This document shows, piece after piece, positions 39,065-50,593 of a DNA stretch of 64,000 nucleotides (position 1 is its first letter; each line of letters starts with the position of its first letter). Origin of the DNA: a virus; IMG/VR virus record IMGVR_UViG_3300009502_001749, positions 1 to 64,000 of that record. One strand, 5' to 3'. The position numbers and the translations under genes are program-made. The notes beneath the pieces were generated by a model. That model had not been told where the DNA came from, ran no database searches, and saw only the letters and a list, made by a program, of their open reading frames with translations.

Positions 39065-41221
39065 ATGAATATAACAGGACAAAGTCAATACTCGAAAATT
39101 GTAGCGGGTCTGAGAGATCCAAAAACACATCTTGCAGGTCAAGATTTAAATTTAATTTTTGTTTATCCAATCTTATTACCTAACAAATTACCTGATCTGC
39201 GAAATGTAGAAACAATAATAAGAAATTTCATATCAACAACATTTTTAAAAGAGATATTCATACAAAACACAATTAGTATGATTTCTTTAGCAAATCAAAT
39301 TCAACCTCTTTCAGATGAAAGTGGAATGAAAATTGATCCAAACACAACCATAGCACAAGTAATTCAAAATGTTCAAGCAACTGGATCTTCTGCTGGAATG
39401 GTAAGATCAGATACATCATCACCAAATTATAACGTGAGTTCAGGTTATCGTGATCAAATTCAAAGAAAGATTAATGAGAAGACAGCAGTAATTCAAAAAA
39501 TAGTAAAAACAGATCCAGTAATGAGTAAGTTAAATCCTTATATTGAAATGATAACAATGGGAAATCTTATTGATGTTCCTGTTATTGTTGGTACAAAAAC
39601 ATTTCAAGTTGATACTTTATCATTGATTCATATTTTATTAGCTTCTATTGCAATGGATAAAAAATTAAATCATGTTGATAATTTAAATTTTATTTGTGAT
39701 AAACTTAACGGTTTAAATGAAGAACAATATTGGCTCTTATTAAATAATCTTGCCGCTGCAGATAAATCATTCAATATGTGGCAATGGACTAAAGAACTTG
39801 GTGGTAAAATAGGTGATAAAATTCCTAATGTTTCACAATTTGTTGGAAAACAAACTGGAAAAATTGGATCTTTTTTATCTGGAATTAAATCATCAACTCA
39901 AAATTTTGCCGGTAACAAAAATGAATTTGTTGAAAATCCATCCTTTGATATTTTAAGAATTTTAAAAACCAAATTGGATGAAACAAAATTATTTTTTAGA
40001 TTTGTTTTAGATAGAGATTTTTTAAAATCTCAAATTGGACTTAATCCATATGATGCAAATGGTGCTAAAACAAAATTAATTTCAGATCTTTTTCCTGATT
40101 TGCAAAGGGCAAGTTCATCAACAATTCCCGGATTTCAAGATGCATTATCAAGCACAGGATTATCTGCTTTAAGATCAAGTGTAACTTTGGTTGAACCTGA
40201 ACCATTAATGTCTGATAATATTGATTTACTTGATTTGATAAGAAATGAAATAAATGAAAAATTAATAATTGGAATAGCACAATCAAATAAAGATTTATAT
40301 GAAAAAATAGCAGAAGGATTAAATAAAACTAATTTTGATACGACTAAAGGTGATGTTAATATTATTAAAAATTTAAGTTCATTTGATACCGGTGATGAAA
40401 TTCAAAAAGTTGGTTCAAAACTTCAAAATGAACTACCAGTAAATTTTTCAGATAGTCAGTATGAACAATTTTTACAAACATTAGATCAAGCTGGTCAATT
40501 ATCAGTATTAAAAAGTAAGCAGATTGAGAATATAATAACTGGATTTGGTGATGTTAGACAAGATATTATGAAAATTTTAAATGAAATTAGATCTATGATA
40601 AGAAATCAAATTAAAGTTATATTTGATAATTGTACTCGTCAATATATTTCTTCAGGTACAGTTGGAATGTCTCATTTACCAAGGGTAACAGTTAGAACAA
40701 ATGATAAACGAACAATGGCAGATGTTATTCAAGGTATTATACCAACATTAATCACTTATCTTACAGAATATTTTTATTTTTTATTTTTATCATCAGTTAA
40801 ATTATCAATTAAAAAATTTATGATGAAAGCTGAAATATCAATTGATACAGCTTCAAATGATGTAACTGAATGGCCAAATTATACATTAGTTTTGCCGATA
40901 GAAATTGTTTCTGCACTACATGCTGCAATGGTTTCTAAAGGTTGGTATAATTTAACAACTAATACTAAAACAGGTATTAAATTAACTAGTGAAGAATTAG
41001 CAAAAGGTAATGTTATTCATGTGACAGATAATTATGTTAAAGGAATAGTTAAGTTTGTAAGTATGAAATTAGGTGTTCCAAATTTTATAGTTATTGATTC
41101 TAAGAAAGGAGATGTTTATTATAAATTAATGAACCAATCTGGAATTAATAAAACTAAATTATCTACATTAGAAACATTTGTAACTGAGTCTTTAAATAAA
41201 CCAGTAATTAACTATTATTAA
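39065..41221 (+). CDS. Large hypothetical (probably virion) protein
   Basis: 718-aa ORF. Confidence 0.55.
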   Translation: MNITGQSQYSKIVAGLRDPKTHLAGQDLNLIFVYPILLPNKLPDLRNVETIIRNFISTTFLKEIFIQNTISMISLANQIQPLSDESGMKIDPNTTIAQVIQNVQATGSSAGMVRSDTSSPNYNVSSGYRDQIQRKINEKTAVIQKIVKTDPVMSKLNPYIEMITMGNLIDVPVIVGTKTFQVDTLSLIHILLASIAMDKKLNHVDNLNFICDKLNGLNEEQYWLLLNNLAAADKSFNMWQWTKELGGKIGDKIPNVSQFVGKQTGKIGSFLSGIKSSTQNFAGNKNEFVENPSFDILRILKTKLDETKLFFRFVLDRDFLKSQIGLNPYDANGAKTKLISDLFPDLQRASSSTIPGFQDALSSTGLSALRSSVTLVEPEPLMSDNIDLLDLIRNEINEKLIIGIAQSNKDLYEKIAEGLNKTNFDTTKGDVNIIKNLSSFDTGDEIQKVGSKLQNELPVNFSDSQYEQFLQTLDQAGQLSVLKSKQIENIITGFGDVRQDIMKILNEIRSMIRNQIKVIFDNCTRQYISSGTVGMSHLPRVTVRTNDKRTMADVIQGIIPTLITYLTEYFYFLFLSSVKLSIKKFMMKAEISIDTASNDVTEWPNYTLVLPIEIVSALHAAMVSKGWYNLTTNTKTGIKLTSEELAKGNVIHVTDNYVKGIVKFVSMKLGVPNFIVIDSKKGDVYYKLMNQSGINKTKLSTLETFVTESLNKPVINYY

Positions 41222-41237
41222 GTTAGGAGGAGTTATT

Positions 41238-41924
41238 ATGTATAATTTTTTAACAGATCAAGATCATTTCAAAGTAATGAATGAATCAGCAGAAGCACTT
41301 AGAAAAATGAAAAATGAAAAAGTCATAAAGAGAGATCCATTGGTAGTTTTATCGGAGCATCTTCAAGGTATAAATATTAATACTGAACTTTTTGAATCTT
41401 TTGATATAACTGTTTGGGAAGGAAAAGTTAAAGTTGATGTATTATATTTTGAACAATTACTTCAGAAATTAAATGAAGATCAGATTGAATTAGTTGAAAA
41501 TGCACTTGGTGTATATTTTAAAGATATAAGAATGATATATGAATTCATTAATCTTAAACCAGAAGTGTATGGAAAAAATATTGATATTAAGATTTTAGAA
41601 GATTCAAATGAAATGTGTCAACAGAAATTATCAAGTGTTATTTATGAATATTTTGATATTTATTTTTATGGATTATCTCCTGATAAAAGAGTTGATAAAT
41701 ATATTGAAACTTCTCGAGAATTATCCAGATCTTTAATTAATGAAGGAATAGAGCCAGATGAGGCTATTGAATTTAGTATAAAAACAACTATAATGGAAAA
41801 TTTACTTACAAAGATTGCTTTTCCGTTTGCAACATGGTCCAGAATAAATTATCTAATAGAATCTGAAGATTATGGCAAAGTATTCGATCAGAAAACATTG
41901 ATTGAATTGGTCGAATCATTTTAG
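41238..41924 (+). CDS. Hypothetical acidic protein rich in L/I/M-x-E sites
   Basis: MNE, LSE, LFE, LNE, INE; possible extension past the TAG to 41969. Confidence 0.55.
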   Translation: MYNFLTDQDHFKVMNESAEALRKMKNEKVIKRDPLVVLSEHLQGININTELFESFDITVWEGKVKVDVLYFEQLLQKLNEDQIELVENALGVYFKDIRMIYEFINLKPEVYGKNIDIKILEDSNEMCQQKLSSVIYEYFDIYFYGLSPDKRVDKYIETSRELSRSLINEGIEPDEAIEFSIKTTIMENLLTKIAFPFATWSRINYLIESEDYGKVFDQKTLIELVESF

Positions 41925-41996
41925 AAAAAGGTAGGTTCAATATCGAAGATAGCCGCGGCTGTAATATAAATAAAGAAAACACAAGAGGGGTGTATC

Positions 41997-43226
41997 GTGT
42001 CTAAAGTTATCGAAATGTACAATAAATTAGATCAAACTTTAAGTTCAAATGTGACTCTTGTTAATAATTTAAATACAGAATTGAGTAGATTAGTTTCACA
42101 AGCGTATTCACAAGCAATGGATTCTGATGAAGGATTTTGTTTTAAATTTACTCTTCCAATTACAGCAGTAATGAATTTATTTTCACTTGTAAAACTTGAT
42201 GTTGAAGAAGTGGGAAAAGCTTTTCAGAATGATTGGGATTATCCATCAAATGCAAATATGTATGCTGATCCATATTATCATATATTAATATTATTAATAT
42301 ATTATGGTCTTCGTAAAAAGAAAGATATTTTAGTTAATCATGCTTTGTTTATTATAATGATGAAGACATGGAATGGAAGGAAAGCTAAATATTTAAAGTA
42401 TTGTGATAAGAGAGTTATGAATTATGTTGTAACACATATGGTTAATAATAAACATTTAGTTTCAAAATATGATTCACCATTAACTTTAATAAAAGAATAT
42501 TTTGTTCCTAGTTTATTATCAAAATATGGTAGTGAAATTTTAAAAGATCCTTATAGATTAAGACAACTATTTATGCAGATATGGGTTAGAATAGATCAAT
42601 TATTTGCTTTTAATATGAGAGTAAATCCATTAACACAAGCTAACGAAGCACAGGGTGGATTATTACCATTATATATGAAAGCAAAGAAAGAAAATTTAAC
42701 TTTAACCACTCCAACAATTTCAACAGGTGAAGAAGAAGAACCAGAATTTGATCAATATTCAACAATACACAATAGAGATGAAATAACATCAGGTACAACA
42801 GATTTTATTATTATGAATGTTCAAACACAGTATCCTACAAATTTCATATCAACTGTTAATGATTATACAAAAGTATCATCACATATAATTGAAGAAATGT
42901 TAAAATCATTACACAATCATAAATATTATGATATTATTCATAATATAATCTCTATTATTTTAACAAGAACAAATGTTGTTGATAAGAGCGATATTTGTGG
43001 TTCTAATTTTTTATTGAATGTAAAAAAGAATATAATTTCATCTAAGAATAATACTGATGTTCAAAATATTCAGAAGTTATTAGATGCTCTTTGTATTCAG
43101 ATATTTATGGCACCAAATTTGAATTTAGATTTTAATAAGTATAGTAATGTTCAAAGAATTCAAATTAGAAATGTTTTGATTTACGGATTGATTTATAATT
43201 TGAAGAAATTAAATTGTCAGGGATAA
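41997..43226 (+). CDS. Hypothetical protein
   Basis: 409-aa ORF, GTG start with RBS. Confidence 0.6.
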   Translation: MSKVIEMYNKLDQTLSSNVTLVNNLNTELSRLVSQAYSQAMDSDEGFCFKFTLPITAVMNLFSLVKLDVEEVGKAFQNDWDYPSNANMYADPYYHILILLIYYGLRKKKDILVNHALFIIMMKTWNGRKAKYLKYCDKRVMNYVVTHMVNNKHLVSKYDSPLTLIKEYFVPSLLSKYGSEILKDPYRLRQLFMQIWVRIDQLFAFNMRVNPLTQANEAQGGLLPLYMKAKKENLTLTTPTISTGEEEEPEFDQYSTIHNRDEITSGTTDFIIMNVQTQYPTNFISTVNDYTKVSSHIIEEMLKSLHNHKYYDIIHNIISIILTRTNVVDKSDICGSNFLLNVKKNIISSKNNTDVQNIQKLLDALCIQIFMAPNLNLDFNKYSNVQRIQIRNVLIYGLIYNLKKLNCQG

Positions 43227-43230
43227 AATT

Positions 43231-43268
43231 AATATCGGCAGAATCTTTAACTAGATCTTGCCGATATT
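43231..43268. repeat. Conserved intergenic palindrome, copy 3 (imperfect)
   Basis: AATATCGGCAGAATCT-TTAACT-AGATCTTGCCGATATT. Confidence 0.85.
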
Positions 43269-43286
43269 TTTAAAATGAGGTAATAC

Positions 43287-44411
43287 ATGGAAACATTAAT
43301 AGAATATATAAACCAAGCTTTCTTTACAGAAGACTCTGGTGTTATGAATTATTTTTACCAACAACAATATCAAGATTATGCACCAGATATAAATGGATAT
43401 TTACTTTGTTTTATGGTTCCACCAGATCTTAGCGCATATGCACAAAAATACTCAGATGGAATATATGGTCAAAATGATCCCAATTCATATATGGGAGAAG
43501 TAGCTAATATGATGTCTTTTTTAGCTGTTGATTTTACTTCTCCTCAAAGTCAAGTTAATACTGAACAGATATCTTCTAGAACTGGAGCTATACCTTATGC
43601 AACAGAAGTCACAGAATCTGAAAATTGTTCTATCACATATATTGACACAAAAGATTTAGATATATATCATTTTCATCATTTATGGATAGAATATATTCGT
43701 GAAGTTTTAGAAGGAGTAATAGAACCAAAACCACAATATTTTATGAGAGAACAAGCTAATGATTTTGCTCCATCATCTGGGTTATCATATGGTGGTATTG
43801 ATTATGCAGCTTCTCTTTATATTGTGAAATATAGACCAGATATGAAAACAATAACATATGTTGCAAAATGTATGGGAATTTTTCCACAAGGTTTACCTAA
43901 TAAAGAATTAATAGGAACTAGAACATCAAATGAATTAACAACTTTACCATTTACTTATTTTTGCACAGCATTTAGAGAAGCAACAAGTCTTGATTCTGGA
44001 AATGCTAAATGGATACTTGGTGAATTAGAAAGTTTTATTTTTAAGAAATTTACAGGATCTTCTAGATCTATAATTGGATTATTAAGTGGATTAGGAATGA
44101 GATCATTACTTGAAACTAATACAGGTGCAAGATTACTTAAATCTGTTGGACAAATAGGTGATGATGTTGTAAAATATGCAGATTCAGCTTCAACAATTTA
44201 TAAATCTGCTACAAAATTTGGACAAATTTTTGGAGTGGGTCAATCAGCAGGAAGCTCAAAAGGTGGTATTGCTAGTGTAATAAATAGTTTTCCAAGTCCA
44301 TTTAGTTCTTCAAAAGATTCAGGTAGTAATTATGAAGCTCCTCCAGTTAGTGAATATAATGATATAACTCCTGAACAACAATATGAATATGATGTAGAAG
44401 AAAATAATTAA
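43287..44411 (+). CDS. Tail tube-like / tube-initiator protein
   Basis: Hcp/gp19-like pattern: SITYID..I..FH..WI.YI..., GIFP..LP, TLPFTY; adjacent to baseplate gene. Confidence 0.5.
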   Translation: METLIEYINQAFFTEDSGVMNYFYQQQYQDYAPDINGYLLCFMVPPDLSAYAQKYSDGIYGQNDPNSYMGEVANMMSFLAVDFTSPQSQVNTEQISSRTGAIPYATEVTESENCSITYIDTKDLDIYHFHHLWIEYIREVLEGVIEPKPQYFMREQANDFAPSSGLSYGGIDYAASLYIVKYRPDMKTITYVAKCMGIFPQGLPNKELIGTRTSNELTTLPFTYFCTAFREATSLDSGNAKWILGELESFIFKKFTGSSRSIIGLLSGLGMRSLLETNTGARLLKSVGQIGDDVVKYADSASTIYKSATKFGQIFGVGQSAGSSKGGIASVINSFPSPFSSSKDSGSNYEAPPVSEYNDITPEQQYEYDVEENN

Positions 44412-44428
44412 AATAAAAGAGGCATAAT

Positions 44429-47400
44429 ATGGCAGATTTACCAACTCTTAGTAATTCGTCACCAGAAGATTTTATTAATTATTATTTTAATAATTTAAAA
44501 TCAGATTTAGGAGTTTTTAATGTTGAAATAGCAAAAGTTGGTCTTATTGGTTTTTTAATGAATGTTCTAGGAAATACACATTTTGATCAAAAAATGTACT
44601 ATGATGGTTTATTTAAGGAAGCATTCATAGCAACAGCACAAAATGAAGAAACACAAAATCTTCATGCATCAATATATGGATATCTTCCTGGATTTGCAAA
44701 TCCAGCAACAGCAAATGGAGTTATTGAATTTGATTTTAATACTTGCATATCAACAAAACAATCAGATGTTGTTAAAAGAGAAGTATTTCTTGGTTATAGA
44801 GTAGTTGATGGAGTGGTATCAAAAATAAGTAGTTCATTCGATTCAGTAAATTATAAATTTACAATTGATGCTATTTATAAATTTGTTGAAGATAGAGGAA
44901 ATAATCCATTAAATTCACCTTCATATTTTACAGAGGTGTTAACAGCAGATGGAACAAAATTAATAATTCCTTCAGCTTCAGCTTCAATATCTGTTCCTCT
45001 TTATTCTACAACACAATATAATTTTGTTGAATACTTTTTTCAAATTCCTAAATATAGTTTAGGATCATATCAAACATATTATTTTACAATCAATAGTGGT
45101 TATTATTTATCTGATGTTAAAGTTTATATTACTCCACCAGGTGGAACAGAAGAACAATATGATATTCAATATGTTAAATATCTTGCCGGTGGAAATGATA
45201 AAGTTGTATTTCTTAAAAAATTATCAGCAACAAATTATATGATTGAATTTGGCTCAGGTATTCGTGGAGTTTGGGCTTCTCAATATACTGCACGAATTGT
45301 AGTTGAATATTGTGAAGGAACAGCTGGAAATTTAATAGATTCAACTTCAACAAAAATACCTGTTATCGGCGAAACAATATTACATGATTATACATATAAT
45401 TCTATTACTGGAGGTTTAGTTCCAACAGCAACTTCACCATCTCTTTTAAATAATATTGTTGTTGATTTTTTAAATTCTAGCGGTGGAACAAATACTTTAA
45501 CAGGTGAAAATTTAAGAAAAGAAATTGTTAATTTCATACAAACAAGAAATAATTTAATTAGTGAAGTTGATTATTATAATCTTGCCGTTCAAAATGGTTT
45601 TTCAAGAGATTTTAAATTTCTATTTAAAAAAGTAAATGTATTTGATAATATATTTTATCTTTACAGAGCTTTTAGAGATAAAAATCAAGATGTTAGTTAC
45701 ACGACAAATCATTTAATTCCAGTTGTAAATACTAATTTAAGTCCAACTAGTTTAGCGGCAGTTTCTGCTGTTGATGCTTCTGGAACATTAATTCCAGGTA
45801 ATACATATGCATATCGAGTTGATGCATATGATTTATGGGGTAGATGTATTCCTTGTACACAAGTCAGTCTTGTTTTAGCTGCTTTTAATAATAGTGTTTA
45901 TCTTACTTGGGATGCTATGGATAATGCTGTTGGATATAGAGTGTATGGAAGAACTTCTGTTTCTCAATCAATGTATTGGAATACAACAGATTTATTTTTT
46001 ACTGATGTTGGAAGTGCAGGAACTACAGGAACTGTTCCAGCAACTTCAACTCTTGCCGATACAAACTACAATCCAATATTTTATTTAGATAATGCTATTA
46101 GTTGTGTACCAAATGCAACAGATGATCTTTTTGCATGTACAAATAATGGTTTATCTGATGATAATGTTGTTACATTTTCTGGTACTGGAGGCGGAGTAAC
46201 TGTTGGAGTTTATTATTATATTGTTAATTCAACAGATGATACATTTCAAATTTCTCTTACTGAAGGTGGATCTATAATAGATCTTGTAAACACAACAACA
46301 AATGGATTTTATAGACCATTTATCAGTCCTTTCTTTTATAAAGGAAATAATAGAATGGGATATTTTGATGGTTATATTTTAGATCAATCTTTATTAGTTC
46401 AGTTCAGTGAGTTTATTCCAAGTGCATCTGTAATTGGTACTGGTTTAGATAATCCAGCGATATATCTTAATTTAAATTATAATATATCAACAAAACAAAC
46501 AACTATAAAAGTTAAATCATATCAAAATATTTCAACATATTCATTTAAAATTACAATTTTTGGTTACACGTCGATTTCAGATGTTAGTATGGTTTGGACT
46601 GTAGGAACAAGTTCATTTGATTATGTTTATATTAATTCATCAACATTTGGTATTTTAGAAAATGAAATGCAAATTGAAGTAGTTGCGTATCAAACTATTA
46701 GTGGAGTTACCACAGAAAGATTTAGAAGCAGAACTTCTAAGTTTTATCAATTAACAAATATTAGTGATCAATTAAGATTGTTTAGATATATTAATGGAAC
46801 TGATATGTATATTATAAACGTTCCAGTAATTTATTATGGTACTTATATTGAAGATTCAGATTATTATTTAGATAAATTATATCAGTTTATGATTAGTAAT
46901 AATTTTCAAAAGACTAGAATGATAACTGATATAGTTCAAGGTAGATTTTTAAACACATATATATTTGCATCTCCTGCTATTGAAGCTAATTTAGTTCAAA
47001 GAGGAGAAGTTTTTACAGACTATAATTGGTTAGATGATGTTATGATAACCAGAGATAGACCGTATACAACACTTACAATAGGAGATAGATATAAAGTAAG
47101 CGATTCTCCTTATGGAAGTGGAGCTTTTAATGGTCATGCTAAAGAAATAGCAGAATACACTTCAACAGGTTGGTCTTTTTATAGTCCAAGTGTTAATGAT
47201 GGAGTTTATGATTCTGATGCTAAAGTATCTACTATTTGGGGTGGTTCGAGTTGGGGTAGTATTCCATCAATAAGACTTCCTCTAAAAATGACAGTTGATA
47301 TTAAATTAAATAAAGATTTTATTGATAGAAATCCTATGAATTTAGGACAAGCGAAAGATCAGTTGAATTTAATGTTAGCACAACATTTACAAAGGTGGAG

Positions 47401-47656
47401 AACTGGAGTTGATGTTAAATTTTACAACAGTCAAATAGTTGATATAATACATGATACAGGTCCTTGGATTAAATCTGTTATAGTTTCTGTTACAGATTCA
47501 TCTCAAGTTCCGAATAATTTAAATAGTGGAATTGAAATGGTTTCAGTTGATACAACAGTTCTTAGTGATTTACCAGATAAATTTGAGATTTTAAAATATG
47601 TTCCAGCAATGTTATTTTGGGATATAAATGATATTGTTATAAATTTAAGTTTGTAA
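44429..47656 (+). CDS. Baseplate wedge protein (T4 gp6-like) with inserted FN3-like and DUF2793-like domains
   Basis: EAFIATAQ..HASIYGY.P, IEFGSGIRG, SGG....GENLR; WDAMDNAVGYRVYGRT; GHAKEIAEY...W.FY.P. Confidence 0.7.
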   Translation: MADLPTLSNSSPEDFINYYFNNLKSDLGVFNVEIAKVGLIGFLMNVLGNTHFDQKMYYDGLFKEAFIATAQNEETQNLHASIYGYLPGFANPATANGVIEFDFNTCISTKQSDVVKREVFLGYRVVDGVVSKISSSFDSVNYKFTIDAIYKFVEDRGNNPLNSPSYFTEVLTADGTKLIIPSASASISVPLYSTTQYNFVEYFFQIPKYSLGSYQTYYFTINSGYYLSDVKVYITPPGGTEEQYDIQYVKYLAGGNDKVVFLKKLSATNYMIEFGSGIRGVWASQYTARIVVEYCEGTAGNLIDSTSTKIPVIGETILHDYTYNSITGGLVPTATSPSLLNNIVVDFLNSSGGTNTLTGENLRKEIVNFIQTRNNLISEVDYYNLAVQNGFSRDFKFLFKKVNVFDNIFYLYRAFRDKNQDVSYTTNHLIPVVNTNLSPTSLAAVSAVDASGTLIPGNTYAYRVDAYDLWGRCIPCTQVSLVLAAFNNSVYLTWDAMDNAVGYRVYGRTSVSQSMYWNTTDLFFTDVGSAGTTGTVPATSTLADTNYNPIFYLDNAISCVPNATDDLFACTNNGLSDDNVVTFSGTGGGVTVGVYYYIVNSTDDTFQISLTEGGSIIDLVNTTTNGFYRPFISPFFYKGNNRMGYFDGYILDQSLLVQFSEFIPSASVIGTGLDNPAIYLNLNYNISTKQTTIKVKSYQNISTYSFKITIFGYTSISDVSMVWTVGTSSFDYVYINSSTFGILENEMQIEVVAYQTISGVTTERFRSRTSKFYQLTNISDQLRLFRYINGTDMYIINVPVIYYGTYIEDSDYYLDKLYQFMISNNFQKTRMITDIVQGRFLNTYIFASPAIEANLVQRGEVFTDYNWLDDVMITRDRPYTTLTIGDRYKVSDSPYGSGAFNGHAKEIAEYTSTGWSFYSPSVNDGVYDSDAKVSTIWGGSSWGSIPSIRLPLKMTVDIKLNKDFIDRNPMNLGQAKDQLNLMLAQHLQRWRTGVDVKFYNSQIVDIIHDTGPWIKSVIVSVTDSSQVPNNLNSGIEMVSVDTTVLSDLPDKFEILKYVPAMLFWDINDIVINLSL

Positions 47657-47665
47657 ATTGTTTTA

Positions 47666-47699
47666 TATCGGCAAGATCTGAAATATGATCTTGCCGATA
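47666..47699. repeat. Conserved intergenic palindrome, copy 4
   Basis: TATCGGCAAGATC-TGAAATAT-GATCTTGCCGATA. Confidence 0.9.
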
Positions 47700-47724
47700 A
47701 AATTTGGAGGCGAAAAGAAAATTT

Positions 47725-48278
47725 ATGATACGGGCACCATTTGTTTTAACTAAATATGATGAAGAGTCACTGAATCTTCTTCAAGAAAGTAATGGGATAA
47801 GTATTGATGAAATTAAACAAAACGAATGGTTTAAATGTCGAGAAAATCCTTTTTATTTTATTTTGAACTATGTTTATCTACCAGAAGTTGGTGGAAAATT
47901 AAAATACACAAAAGAGTACTTACACCCAAAATTTAGAAGAATAATCAAATCAATATATAAAAATCATATGGCAATGTTGATGGCAAGTCGGCAGCTTGGG
48001 AAGAGCTCTATCGCTGCATGTCTTTTAGCATGGGCTTTAATCTTTTTTCCAAACAACAGAGTTGTCATTTTAAACTATCGAAAAATTGCCGCTCAAGAAA
48101 ACTTAAAGAAAATAAAGTTTATAATACAAAATTTACCAACATGGATGAAAATTCCTTATAGATCGAAAAGTGAAATTAAGGAATATGCTGAACTTCAAAA
48201 CGGTTCAAGAATAGATACATTTTATCCTTCTTCAACAAGTTCACCATCAACATTAGCTAGATCGCTTACAGTTCCGAT
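47725..48278 (+). CDS. terL: Terminase large subunit (T4 gp17-like), exon 1
   Basis: KCRENPFYFILNY, ASRQLGKS Walker A, ELQNGSRI. Confidence 0.9.
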
Positions 48279-49280
48279 TAACTTATAAAGTCGCTTTCAT
48301 CAGTAATGATGATCGAATAATCCGGTGAATTCAGGGAAACTCCTAGTAATAGGACAATCCTGAGCCAAGCTTTAAATCTTGCCGCTAACAAGATTTACTG
48401 AAGGTGCAACGACTATCCCGAAAGGGAGTACATTCAAGCGAGTGGAAGCGCCGGACAACCTTAAAAATGAAAAATAAAAAAGGAAATAAATATGGAAGAA
48501 AATGAATATAATAAAATGAATTATTCTCAAGATATTTTAAAAAGATTTTGGAGTAAGATAGAAATTCCAGTTGATTGGGAAACAAATGATCAATGTTGGA
48601 AATGGAAAGCTAGTACATGGAAAGGATATGGACAATTTTTATTATATGAAAATAAAAAAGTAAGAGCTCATAGATTTATATATGAATATTATTATGGTCC
48701 AATTTTAGATGATTTAATTATAAGACATAAATGTGATAATCCAAGTTGTTGTAATCCTAATCATTTAATAACTGGTACTCAAATAGATAATGTAAATGAT
48801 ATGATTGAAAGAAAAAGACAAAATAATGTTAAAGGTTCTGAAAATGGTAATTCAGTTTTAACAGAAGAACAAGTTATTGAAATTTTAGAAAATATTAAAA
48901 ATGGGTTATATTCAACTCAATTACAAATATCTGATGATTATTTTATTAGTAAATCTGTTATTAATAAAATTTTAAACGGATATTTGTGGAAATCTATTAC
49001 AGATAAATATAATCTTGATGAATTAAGAAAGATATTTACACATCCAAATTCACAATTAACAAAAGAAGAAGTTTTAGAAATTAGAAAATTATTTTTGGAT
49101 GGAAAAAATAATATTGAAATTGGTAAAGAATTTAATGTTTCACCTATCACAATTTCAAGAATAAGAACTGGAAAATTATATAAAAATTTTTAAGGTTGAT
49201 GAGATAGTCTAATCTACATAGTAATATGTAGCAGTCTAACAAGACGGGTAGAGAGTAGCGATCTCTATTGAATACAAATG
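48279..49280 (+). mobile_element. Group I intron (1002 nt) with HNH gene in P8, in terL
   Basis: GAATTCAGGGAA, AATCCTGAG, GCAACGACTA, GAGATAGTCT; P1 CGAT/GTCG; P10 TATAAA/TTTATA; splicing gives Walker B PILYVDEVAF. Confidence 0.92.
48492..49193 (+). CDS. Intron-encoded HNH homing endonuclease
   Basis: CWKW..GYG..AHR..HKCDNPSCCNPNHL..GT..DN; two C-terminal HTH-like repeats. Confidence 0.9.
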   Translation: MEENEYNKMNYSQDILKRFWSKIEIPVDWETNDQCWKWKASTWKGYGQFLLYENKKVRAHRFIYEYYYGPILDDLIIRHKCDNPSCCNPNHLITGTQIDNVNDMIERKRQNNVKGSENGNSVLTEEQVIEILENIKNGLYSTQLQISDDYFISKSVINKILNGYLWKSITDKYNLDELRKIFTHPNSQLTKEEVLEIRKLFLDGKNNIEIGKEFNVSPITISRIRTGKLYKNF

Positions 49281-50583
49281 TTTATATGTTGATGAAGTAG
49301 CATTTATTAGTCATATGGAAGAAATTTATGGGAGCGCACAACAAACACTTTCAAGTGCAAGAGACCAAGCTATAAAGAATGATTATCCTTACTTTATTTT
49401 AATGACTTCAACTCCAAATGGTGTTGAAGGTGATGGAAAATTCTTTTATGATTTTTGGACTAATGCAGTTGAATCAGATGATATTTTTGAAGAAGATCCA
49501 GAAAATGGAATGGAAGATTGGAAACCAGATATATCAGGTCTTCTTAATCAAGCAGATAGAAATAGTTTTATAAGAGTTAAATATCATTGGTCTGAAAATC
49601 CAGATAAAACTATGGCTTGGTATGAACAACAAAAGAAAGAACTTAACTTTGATCTTAGAAAAATAAACCAAGAATTAGATATTCTTTTTGTTGGTGGAAC
49701 AAATTGTATTTTTACTGATGAAGTTTTACAAAAATTAACTTATATACCCAGAACTAATTATATTGAACTTTCAAATCAAGTTCAATTTGATATGTATGGA
49801 GAAATTGATGAACAAGATTATCTTTTAGTTGGAGTTGATACAGCAAGTTCAATTAAAGGAGCTTTTAATGCTATAGAATTGTTTTCTTATAGAGATTTTA
49901 TCCAGTTAGGTGAAGCTAATATTCGTTTGGGTTCATTAACTAAATATGGTGAAACAGTTGATTCATTATTTAGAAATTTATATAAAACAACTAAGAGAAT
50001 ACTTCTTTGTATAGAAAATAACTCAATTGGTAAAGCTGTTATTGAACATTTAATTTATCATGTTAAAGATTTTAATTATATGCCTTTTATATATAAAGAA
50101 AAGAAATTGGATATGACAGATAAAGATGAATTTGGAATATCAACAACAGGTCAATCAAAAGAATTAATGGTTTCACTTTTTTATGATCATATTAATCAAA
50201 ATCCAGGATGTTTAAAGTCACAGAATTTGATTGCTCAGTTAGGTACAATACAAAGATCAAATCGTGGTACTGTTAAAGGTTCTGGTTATAGTGATATGTT
50301 TATGTCTGGTAGTTTTTGTGCATATGTTAGGAATAAAACTTATCTAGATATTTTGCCGCTATTAGGACAATCAAATAAACAAGTACAAGATACATTTTTT
50401 AACTCAGTAAAAACAGCTGCTGAAATGATGAATGTTAAATTAATTATTAAAAATTCAATTCAACAAGAAACAGGATATTTATCTATTGAAGAAGATAGAT
50501 ATAGAGATGAAGAAGCAAGACATGAACATGATACAATAATGGATGAAGATTGGAGAGTGTTTATACCTATTTTAACACCATAG
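49281..50583 (+). CDS. terL: Terminase large subunit, exon 2 (spliced product 618 aa)
   Basis: LYVDE, TSTPNG, GVDTA, IENNSIG, SDMFM. Confidence 0.9.
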
Positions 50584-50593
50584 GAGAAATAGA

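Noticed and set aside
41922-41924. Genome-wide TAG reassignment (genetic code 15)
   Set aside because: Long genes are intact under code 11 and many genes end in TAG directly followed by the next RBS
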